A stretch of DNA of 63,788 bases, the filler included, from Hausera hauseri (lineage: Eukaryota), in assembly GCA_046269625.1 (NCBI GenBank). It is 11 parts of 11 records of this genome, joined end to end, with 100 filler letters (N's around TTAATTAATTAA, not from the genome) between each part and the next. Parts side by side here need not be neighbours in the genome. Positions count along the whole stretch, not along the records: positions 7,400 to 12,998 come from JBJURY010223410.1; positions 13,099 to 18,795 come from JBJURY010204191.1; positions 18,896 to 23,970 come from JBJURY010343712.1; 8 more parts are not named here. The stretch is one strand, 5' to 3'. Made by a program: the position numbers and the translations under genes. Positions 10,600 to 20,710 of the stretch are shown piece after piece (position 1 is the stretch's first letter; each line of letters opens with the position of its first letter). The notes under the pieces were generated by a model, which was not told where the DNA came from, did not search any database, and saw only the letters and a list, made by a program, of their open reading frames with translations.

Positions 10600-12263
10600 A
10601 CTAAAAAATTGTTGAATTATATCTAATTTATATCTTTTCGTGTTAACACACAAGTTAAATTTGATTCGTTCTCTTATTTGATTGGACTTAATATTCTTAC
10701 AAAAATAATTCAAAACGATTGGTCCACCAATCATAAGGATTATATACCAATATGTTGCTAAAATTTCGTATGAGTTGTCTTTACTCAACCCGATTAATAA
10801 GAGAGGTATAAAACAGAATGTGGTTTGTGTATGTTCTTCTCCTCTCTGAATTTCATTAAGAATCAGTGGTATGTCCTTTGTGATATTCAGTGGTTCAATA
10901 TTGTTTAACTCCACTGTCTTATAATTTCGATTGCTTCGTATTATTTCGTAGTAATGAGATTCATTACTTCTCTTTCTTTTACATTTCATTTTATGACTGT
11001 ATTTTGCTACGATTAGACATATTGTACCGATTCCTAATACTACTGCAATTATCCACCAATATTTGAGTAAATACGATTCTGTAATGTCCGGTAAAGTTGT
11101 AGTTATTTTCATTCTTTCATCTTCGTTATATCTTATGTGTTGGTATTGATTTGCTAAGGGTGACGTTTTTATCGTCACTAATTTTGAATTATCTTTCGTG
11201 TATATTTTGATGAACTCATTTGTATCCGGTGTTAGGCCTTTACAAAAATTGCGTTTATTTTTGGAAAACTGAATCTCGACTTTCTCGTGAATACTTGTAC
11301 ATTTTATCCAACTTTTCTCATTTATTTCGTGAGAAATTATTATCTCGATTCTATTTGTATAAGGTTTAAATTTAAATTTAATTGGAAAATCCTTCATAAG
11401 TCTTCCTTTGAAAATATGCTTGTTTTTCTTCATTGTCTTCGTCACCGGTTTGATTACTTCTGCTACTGTTGTGGTTGCTTTGGTTACTTCTCTGGTTACT
11501 TTGGTTACTTCTATCTCTCCCCTACCCTTATGGGTGGTTTTAAGTGTAGAAATTGTAGGAGTATGTATAATATGTAAAATGGATTTCAATTGTGAACTTT
11601 TAATGAAGATAAAGATTGGTAACCGCGAGGAGTGTATTAGATTAGAAATATCTCCTTTGAAGTACATGTCAAAACGGATTATGCACCGAATATTGGTATG
11701 GAGAGCACAGCATACTCGAGGATGTGCACCATTGAGATGACAAAAATGTGGTTGAGGTACATGTCTGGGGTAAGCCTCATACCATATATTAAGCTCGTAT
11801 CCAAGAGGTAAAAGTTGCATAGTCCGGAAATTGAAACATTATTGTTTAAAAATTGTGCAGAGAACTCGTCATAAAGTAGCATATCTGATTTTGGTTTGTC
11901 TATGATATCCATGATATCCTGAAGGGGAACATGAACATTAATGTTCGGTTTCCATTGGATGATATATCCGTCAAGATCCAGAGATTTCAATAATACATAA
12001 TAAGTATAAGAAGTGTCGTAATCTAGGTGGCAACAAGTCTGAAGATGTTTTTCCGGGATAGTGCAACTAGTAGTTGTTTTATCTGAGGAGGTGAATACCA
12101 ACTTCACTTCATGGCGTGAATATACCGGTACGTGTGTTCTAAAGCAAATGCTGGGTTTGCTTCTATCAACGTGAAAAATGGTTGTGTATATAACCAATTC
12201 AGTAAAGTTGTAGGAAGCAGCTGCAAGTTGTGAGAAAAACGTCAATAAAATAAAGAATACCAT
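10600..12263 (-). CDS. Integrase-fused signal-peptide/membrane protein with FN3-like segments, a Thr-rich stalk and TM helices (frame change near 11680-11820)
   Basis: MVFFILLTFFSQLAAA signal-like peptide, in frame with integrase. FN3-like strand motifs HLDYDTSYTYYV and KGLTPDTNEFIKIY...VTIKTSP. EVTKVTREVTKATTT repeat. TM YWWIIAVVLGIGTICLIVA followed by KMKCKRKR. Confidence 0.55.
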
Positions 12264-12419
12264 GCCAAAGTATCTACCCGATATGAGGTGAACTCGGCAA
12301 CTCATAGATTCAAAGTTATCTATGTTTTGCCTCTGAGATAGAGCCGCTATCTTTGGTTCTACTTTATCTGATGATTCTAACTCTACCTGTCTTATGAAAT
12401 CATTGTATGACGTGGATGC

Positions 12420-12998
12420 TTTCGTGACTCTTTGTACGGACACAGCTTCATATTTGTTTGGTCCTTTTTGGATGAAAATAGTTTGTGGGCGTACATCTAC
12501 GACTTTGTATGGCCCTTGTCCTGTACGTGTCAATTTCAAGGATTTTCCTTTCTTTACCGCGGGGTAGTGTACCATTACATAATCACCAATTTTATAGGTG
12601 TGAGGACGCGCCTTTTTATTATACTGTTTCTTGTATCCAGCTTTATATTTTTGCTCAAATTCTTTGGATTCCTTTTGGAAATATTCAAGCCTCTTTAATA
12701 AGTCGTGATATTGTTCTTCCATATGGTCACTTGTCTTCAAGGAAGATGGCAACAACTCTGTATCCAAAGGTAACAGTGGTAATCGTCCGAACATTAAATC
12801 AAATTGTGAATGATTAGTACTCTTCGTAGGTGTAGTATTTATGGCAAATGCAGTCGTTTTTAAATGTTGATGCCAGTCTTTTTGGTCATGAGCAACTTTG
12901 GTAGACAGAATACCTTGAATTGTTCGATTCATCCGTTCGACCATACCATTACATTGTGGATGGTAGGATGTAGTTAGCAAATGTTTGCATTGAAATAT
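12420..12998 (-). mobile_element. Ty3/gypsy integrase, C-terminal half
   Basis: TTSYHPQCNGMVERMNRT, FDLMFGR and the GPY/F module KL...GQGPYKV. Confidence 0.95.
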
Positions 12999-13098
12999 NN
13001 NNNNNNNNNNNNNNNNNNNNNNNNNNNNNNNNNNNNNNNNNNTTAATTAATTAANNNNNNNNNNNNNNNNNNNNNNNNNNNNNNNNNNNNNNNNNNNN

Positions 13099-14460
13099 TT
13101 GTTTAAGTCGACTGGAAAACGTGCAACTGTAGACGTAGTTTCGGGCTTTGTTACCGAACCTATTATGGTAAATGCAAACGATGTCGGCTTTTTGAAAGGC
13201 TGATGCATAGAATTTGCACCCCAAGCAACATTTGCTGGATTTGTTTTGAATTTATTGTGATAATAGCACACCATAGGTCGAGTAGGGGACCTGGCAGATT
13301 TAGAATTTTGCGATGAGGCACGGCTGTGATTAGGTGTGAATCGATTTCATCGCGGCATAGATAAATTGACCAGTTTGGAAGTTAGAGCAGGAATGTCTTG
13401 GTGTATTGCCGTATTTTCAGCTCAAAGACCGTTTATTTGACTATTCAACGCTAAGATTTCAGCATTGGGTGGTGTTATATGCGGTTGTAATGCGGCTGCG
13501 ACGATAGGAGTATAGTGTGTAATTAGTATATCGTAACTTTTATCAGCCAGTTGTGCTAACTTTTCTAACGTGTCAGTATCTTCAAGTACTGTTAGTAAAG
13601 CGCGTATTTCTTTCGGTAATGATTGAAGGAAATATCTGCGCAATAAGTCGGCATTGTTAATCTGGTTTACCCCTAACTTGCTTAATTGGGTCAAGGATGT
13701 TTGTAAGAATTCTGTAGGTTTCTGGTTTCTTATTGAATTATCATTGAAGTATTTTTGGATGATATTATCCAAAGAAGGCTTAGTTAGTTTTAGGACGGCG
13801 TTAAATAGAGTTTCATATAGGTTTACAGTATGGAAGATTTCGGAAAGATTTGGGAGCAGTGATTTGGTACTGGATGGCAAGAGTATTAATAGACTATTTG
13901 CTTTGAGGAAAGGGTCAATAATGCTATATGATTTTAACCACTGTACATGAAACTCTAACCATGTACGACTGGAATGTTGTGTGTCGGTAAAATAATCAAC
14001 GCAAAGGAAATTGACCGCAGGGGATGTTGCAGGTAGGACTAAAGGAGACTGCTTTAACGGAACATGTATGATGGGAATGTCAATAAAATCTTGTTGGTCC
14101 TAAGAAGATGCTTTTGGGTTAGATCCGCCTAGTAAACAGTATTTGGCAGTTAGTATAGATGTAAAAGATTGGCGGGTATAGCTGGTGATAATATCGGATT
14201 GCTGCAAAAAGAATCCATTAAAGCTGAGACAGAAATTAGTCTGTAATGGTTCTCGTTGTAGAGCACCGAACAAATGTGCGATGGTTGCTATTTGATGTAT
14301 ATAGTATGTGTATGTGCGCTTATTTCCAAGTGAGTTAAAAAAATGAAGTTTTCAGATATGTCGGGTGTGCAAACATGTTTATTTTGGAAGAGAAGAGAAA
14401 TAGAGATGAAAGTGTATCATTTCAGGGGTACAGTGCGTCACCGGGGACACGGTCGCACCC
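13099..14460 (-). mobile_element. Gypsy family A gag region (degenerate)
   Basis: KPTEFL...LLRRYFLQSLPKEIRALL...LEKLAQLADK and a CYYHNKF..N.ANVAWG Cys/His box. Homologous to 33200-34200. Confidence 0.8.
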
Positions 14461-14934
14461 AAAGTCCCAGCGTTGTAATTGTTGATCTGTTCAATCAGGG
14501 TGGTGAACATTAGAAAGGGCGTTCTGCGCCTTCGGAATGGTTGGCGTTTGACTGTCTAGTTTTGTAAAGTCCCTTAGGCTTTCATAATTCAAAAAGGGTG
14601 CCGCTCCAGTCTCTGTAGCCTTTTTTGTTGGCTCGAATAAAGCAAGGTTATGACGATCGAGCTCAATTTTAACGATGAAATTATACATAATTTTGGGACC
14701 GTTTATTATGGCTTTGGTTGGTGTAATTAAAAAGCAATATAATAGATGCACCGACCTTTTTGTTAGTTGTTTTTCGGTAATAACTACTTCGGGACGTAGT
14801 CTGATGATTTCGGGACAGTTTCTGGACGTGTTGCTCTTCTAGTGTACGAATCATGTTTATTTGATTCATTATTTCGTTGGATGTTTGTGATTCGCCTTTT
14901 TTATATTCAATGGGCATATCCATCAAAAGGATTC

Positions 14935-15477
14935 TTGGATTTTCGACTCTCCAAACAAGTTCTCGTTTTTGTCTAGCATCTTGCCAACTGTACATCACTG
15001 AGTGATTTGCGGGTAAAATTAATTTTTGATTTGTTCCTACTTGTTTGTAATGTATATCCATATTACCACCCAAATGATTTATCAACTGAACCAGTGCCAT
15101 ACCATCTTGATAGAGTTGTAAAACGATTAAATTCGCTTCTTCTATAATTTGAACTTCAACGAAAATTCCGATAAATTTCTTTTCCAAATTCATCAGTATC
15201 GAATGTGATTCATAAAATAGAAACGGTTGTGTAACAAGAATTTCCGACTGTTCGACTTTGCAACGCATCAGCATAGACTTATCCACTTTCGATCTAGACC
15301 AAAATGGTACTGCTTCACCAGACGGTACTGGTATCCAACCGACGTCTTCGATGATCTCATTACAATACAGTGTCACATCAGATTGATTTATAATCATGTA
15401 ATACGGTAAAAATGTGACAATTTTAGTCAAACCACTGCTGGATAAATTAATTTTTACTCCAACTTCATAAGTCATCG
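14935..15477 (-). pseudogene. VPS13: Intronless internal fragment of VPS13 (VPS13A/C-like adaptor-binding/SHR-BD repeat region)
   Basis: YEVGVKINLSSSGLTKIVTFLPYYMIINQS...VPFW...YQDGMALVQLINH...LPANHSVMYSWQD..RELVW matches the VPS13A/C segment from YQVGVTIDLSS to YTWADP..RRLKW. Confidence 0.85.
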
Positions 15478-16305
15478 GTTTCTTTTGTGCTTCGGTAATG
15501 ATTTCATTCAGAAGCTCGTTTTGCTGGCTATCGACTGTCTGGCCAATTTCGTTGACTGTGAATCAGAATATATTCCCCAACTTCCTGGAACGCTGTAGCA
15601 TATGTACTACCGGTAAAGTCCATTATTTTTATGTTCATCAGAAATCGGTAACTTCTTCGTTGCATTTTTCTTTTGGGCAAGCTTTATAGACCATTTTGGT
15701 CTCGTTTATGGAAGCTACTATGCTTCGAACTTGTAAATATTCCCCTTTATCGTCATTAGATGAACAGCATATCTGTTTCACCGTTACAGATTTGTTGTAG
15801 AAATTTCCCGTGGAAAATGAAGTGTTTTGACTAACGGAAAAGCTTTCATTTTCTTGGAACGTTGTAACAATGGCGCCTTTCAGAACAATCACCGAATAGG
15901 TATTTTCTTCAACACGATCAGAATGATCACTCCACAAAGTCAATCAAATAGTTGATTCACTGCAATCCAGTAAAACTACATCTCTTTTGTGTACTTCTCG
16001 ATTTTGTTTTGCTATCATTAAGGTTGTAGCAGGACCACCACTGTGAGCAATATCTGCAATATCTATGAAACTGCATTCGGGACGTTGTAAAACATCACAA
16101 ATAGCCACAAAATTATACATTTGTACTTTAAATTGAACGGTACCACTTAATTCAACAATCTCGATATCGTTTCTCATCGAAACTTCATATTCACTCTTCG
16201 TATTGCGATACTGCGGATTGGCTTGTTTAACATTTCCATTTGAGACGGAATAAGTTTTGCCTTCTTGTATTAAGTTGCAATACATGTCTACAGCTTCATT
16301 TGCAT
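15478..16305 (-). pseudogene. RPA1: Intronless, disabled RPA1 (RPA70) fragment spanning the end of DBD-A, DBD-B and a deleted DBD-C
   Basis: NEAVDMYCNLIQEGKTYSVSNGNVKQANPQY, REVHKRDVVLLD..*LTLW, YKACPKEKCNEEV and DFTGSTYATAFQEVGEYIL. Contains stops and internal deletions. Confidence 0.88.
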
Positions 16306-17159
16306 CAGTATTTCTCTCATGACCTTCAACTGCAAAGGACATTAAATTTATTTAAGTATCATCAAATTTTAACACCTTAGGACTATCAATTTTTAAACAT
16401 CGGAATCATCTGAATTAATATTCTGATATAAAGTTTGAGCTCTTAATCCTACTTGAACAGACATATCAGGTTTGCTGTTTAACACATTTTTATCTTCATG
16501 TTCACCTTTTTGGCCAGCCTTGGCAGGTTCTGCAAGTTTAACAAAATTTTCCGATTTAAGAAGCACTTTAATCCTAGTGCTGGAAATAGTGCTTTCATAA
16601 TTTAAAGTACCAGCTTTTGAATGTTCTGAGTGTTCTGTATGCTCTGACACCAATATTATCTTTTTTATATTCTTCAAGAAAAGAAATAAATCTTCCATAT
16701 ACTCCAAAAAAGAATGAGGCAAATAATTCTATATATAATTCCAAAATAAGTAAACGAGAAGGATAATCTCTAATAAAACAACAATTACCAACGTTTATTT
16801 TTTAAATTTTTAAATTTTCAATTATTATCGATATATTTACATTTATATATACATACATATATAGTCTGAGTATGAGTCTTTCTCGAACTGTTCGTCTACA
16901 AAGATCTGCAAGAGACTGATTCTGAAATGTACTGTCGACGAATACCTATCATCTGATGAGCTGACGATATATTTGCTGCCATTGGGTAAATATTTGACAC
17001 AGTAGAAACAATATTTATTCGTTGTGAAATTGATTTTGATTTCTTCAACAGGATCATGAGTTTTGTCCAACAATACACAGTTGTCTGCTTTTGTTACTCC
17101 ATGAACAACACGCGGGGCGAAAATAATTGCCAATATTAGTAACTGTACATGTTTTTTTA

Positions 17160-18795
17160 CATGAATTTTACAATCGACACTAGTAGTGGCAAGACGCAAT
17201 GATTCATTAAGCGAACTATGATAGCGATATTAAAGGCATCCATTTGATCGTAAACCATTTGCTTCAGAATTGCAACGTTATTTGCAATATACGAGCCATT
17301 ATGTTTTATAAATTTGAAATAAGAAATCCAGGCAAACAAATAAACGATTACAACTTGACATTTCGTAAAATCCTGACTAGTTGCAGCTGGACTGCGGTGG
17401 CACTCGAGCACGCAGCACCACACTACCCCCTGTTATGGAATGACACTATCGGTTGGCAAGCAAAAAGACAAAGTAGTTAGGTGTAGACGAACTATTGAAA
17501 GAAGCATTTTTTGATGTGATTGAAACAGAAACGTGGAAAGAATACGTTTTGTGGACTATTGCATCTTTGTATGGACAAGGCGTTGAATTTTGTCGACATT
17601 CTGTTCACTGCTGTATTTGCTAAAAGTGACTGTTTTGTGTTTTTTACTGTCATGTTTGATTGTTTGTTGAGATGGTTGGAAGAAAGTTAAATTTTGATTT
17701 GACGTGTCAGCAGCTTGAGAACTAGTTGGTATGTCGTTTTGCGTTGTCTTTTATATTGATGAAGGTTTTGGAGTATCAGGTTGTCGTGCAGGTAGAATGT
17801 GAGAAGAATTGAAAGAATCAAGGAAGTTTTGTGTGGATTCAGCTTAAGATTTCGGTGTATCATCGACGAAGAATGCAGGTTTTACGTTATTTATGTGTAC
17901 GTTTTGCTCTTTATCGTTTCTGAGTATGGTGACCGTGTGTGAACTTAGGTTGAGAACTTTAAATGGTCCTAAATAGTTTGGTTGGAATCCTGCAGGTGAA
18001 GGGTTTTTTATCCAAACAAATTTTGCGTTGAATAGTGAATCAGGTAAATATATTTTATCGCCATGTAATATTTTGCAGAAAGAATCCTGGCTTAACTGAA
18101 CGAAGGGATTTTGTGCAAATATAATTGTTTTGTCAGTTTGTGTGTTGTCCAAGTCGGTGAGCTCAAAAAGTGCCCGAATTGTGGTACCAAAAAGTGCTTC
18201 AGCAGGTGCGCAACCGGTGGTGGTAGACGGCGTGTTGCGCCAACCGAGTAAGAGAAAAGGGAGGATAGTTGTCCAATTCTTATGAAATTTGGCCAGGATT
18301 CTTAGCGAAATCTTGAAAGGGCGATAAAAGCGTTCTAATAAGCCGTTCGACTGGGGATGGTATGAAGTTGTGTGTATGTGATTTATGCCCAGTCGATTAA
18401 CTAGAGATTTGAATAGGTTCGATTTAAATTGGGTACCTTGGTCTGTAATTATATGGCGAGGTGAATCGAACTGGCTAATCCAAATCCTTATGAATGCATC
18501 GGCAATCGAGTCTGTGTTGATGAAGTACAAAGGGACGGCTTCAGGTCAACGAGACGCGCAGTCCATCATTGTTAAAATTAATTGGTGGCCGTTATCGGAA
18601 GGTAATGGGCCAACGATATCTATATGAACTGACTCAAAACAAGATGTACATGGAAAATGAAATAATGGTGGTTTAAGCTATTTAGCGACTTTGAATTTTT
18701 GGCAAGCTACGCATTGCCTAACCCAACTCTGTACATCAGACCTCATTGATGGCCATGTTACGTGACGTTTGAGAAGGCGGAATGTAGCCTTGGAA
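17160..18795 (-). mobile_element. Gypsy family A integrase, PPT (17423-17431) and 3' LTR starting at 17422 (distal LTR end undefined)
   Basis: VHIDIVGPLP, ITDQGTQF, HPQSNGLLERF and YLGPFKV motifs. GGGGGTAG precedes TGTGGTGC. Closely similar to 60990-62350. Confidence 0.92.
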
Positions 18796-19187
18796 NNNNN
18801 NNNNNNNNNNNNNNNNNNNNNNNNNNNNNNNNNNNNNNNTTAATTAATTAANNNNNNNNNNNNNNNNNNNNNNNNNNNNNNNNNNNNNNNNNNNNGGAAC
18901 AAAAGGGCTTATAATTGGCGTAAATATTGTGATGACATCTGCAACTGTTTTCGAAATCTTGGTGTGGCAATTTAGATAATTATAAATGTATATTTCCTGG
19001 ACAAATCGTCGCGTATCTCCGGGACGGTAAAGTGTATTAAAATTTTGGAATGTCTCCATTATTAGGTATCTTTAGGCCAGTAAACTGACACTAAAATTTT
19101 TTCTTTATCTTTAGTCGTTTCCTAGATATTTGCGTTTCTTTTCTACAAAGAAAATGTTTCTTTTTTCCGGACTTTTTATCCGATATT

Positions 19188-20254
19188 AAATGATCCAACA
19201 GAGACAGTTTAGTGTTCTTGTAAGTTTCCTTCCCGAATTGCACAGTGGCATAGAAATGACCTTTAGTGACGCAGTTAAGATGAATTGTTGCCATGGAGAT
19301 ACTTACTTTGGAAGACGTAATCGACCATCCGTGTTTAAGTGCAATGTCAGTCGAGATGTAACTTTTACAACTGCCAGTATCGATCAGAGCGTTGAGTGAT
19401 ACTCCATTGACCAGAATCTTCACTATGGAATTTGAAAGGCCAGTTTGAGATCTGGTTGCTGTCACAGCGGAAGTTAAAGCACTGAGAGTAGACGCCCTTC
19501 GCTTAGGTTTTGATCTGCATACTCTTTGGTAGTGCCCTTTTTTTCCACAGGAATTGCACGTGGCGTCCTTAGCAGGGCATTTAGAGCGGAAATGCCTGTT
19601 GTTGCTTCCACAGAAAAAACAAGTGAATGTCCTAGACATGGCGGCGCTTACTTCATCTTCATTCACGCTTTCGGTATTAGGCACCGGAGGGATCGCGGCG
19701 ACTGAAGCCTCAGCGGGGGTATTGGAAGACGCCTCGAAGCACATAATATGATGTAAAGCGTACTCCATGGTCCGAGCTTCTTCAAAAGCTTGTTGTAGAG
19801 ATAGAGAAGTTTTCTCCAACAGCCTTTGTCGGATGGCGTTGGACGTCAAACCCGCTATGAAGGCGTCGCGTATTGCTTCTTCTTTCCGTACTTCAGCCGA
19901 TACTTGCTTGAAGTTACAGTCTCTCGCTAAGCTCCGTAATTTCTGCAAATACTGATCAAGAGACTGTCCCTTTTCTTGCTTTAGAGTTGCCAGTTGGTGC
20001 CTGGCAAAAACTTCATTTTTAGGTTTGACGTAAATACCGCTGAGTGTCTCTACTATCTGTTCGAACGTTTTGCATTCAGCCACTATCTGATAAACGGCAG
20101 GGCCAATAAAATTGATAATCAGCTTCTTCTTGTCTACGTCAGGGCAGACAGATACAAAGTTATCGAATGTCTGCAACCAATGCGTCCACTTTTCTGAAGC
20201 GGAGGGGCTGTATGGGTCAACATCGAAGCGTTCCGGTCGAAGTAGTCTCTCCAT
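19188..20254 (-). mobile_element. Gypsy family C, downstream tandem copy: gag and protease, truncated at ~19188
   Basis: MERLLRPERFDVDP...W.HW..TF, the CFFCG..H.R..CPA...C..CGKKGHY..VC knuckles and LIDTGS. Co-linear with 23150-23970. Confidence 0.93.
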
Positions 20255-20355
20255 TTTGTAATAGTAAGAAAAGTCACTTACTCAGCAGTTAAATCTCCAT
20301 AGTAGAAATAAAGAATGAAATGAAATCCAGTTAAGAAAAATGTAGTTGATTAAAT

Positions 20356-20541
20356 TGTAATAACAGTAAGTAACAAAAGTAACACAATGCCACAAATCCA
20401 GATAATTTTGGCTTTAATCAACTACAAAATATAAGTTACATATCAACTGGTCAGACCACCAGCTACACACACAATGGACGACGTGAACACGCGATAACAC
20501 AGAAATACAAAACAGTTCACAACAAACAAACAATCATGACA
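20356..20541 (-). repeat. LTR (~186 bp) shared between the two tandem family C copies
   Basis: PPT AAAGAGGGGGTGAA immediately precedes TGTCATG (20541). The LTR ends TTATTACA (20356), contains ATTAAA, and the gag ATG follows ~100 nt downstream. Confidence 0.85.
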
Positions 20542-20710
20542 TTCACCCCCTCTTTGATATTTTCAAAGTCTTTTTCTCAAATTGTAGGAATGGGTCGGTG
20601 GGGGTCTGCTTTGGTCATCTGTAACGGAAGGGTTTGGACTTATTGAAGGGTTTGGAACTGGAACTATTCTAGAATGATTCCCTTCAGAGTTAGCAGCTCT
20701 GTTTCTTAAG

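Noticed and set aside
15478-16342. RPA as a Helitron-encoded gene
   Set aside because: No Rep/helicase motifs are present on the contig, and the fragment follows cellular RPA1 domain order. Helitron capture is kept only as one possible mechanism.
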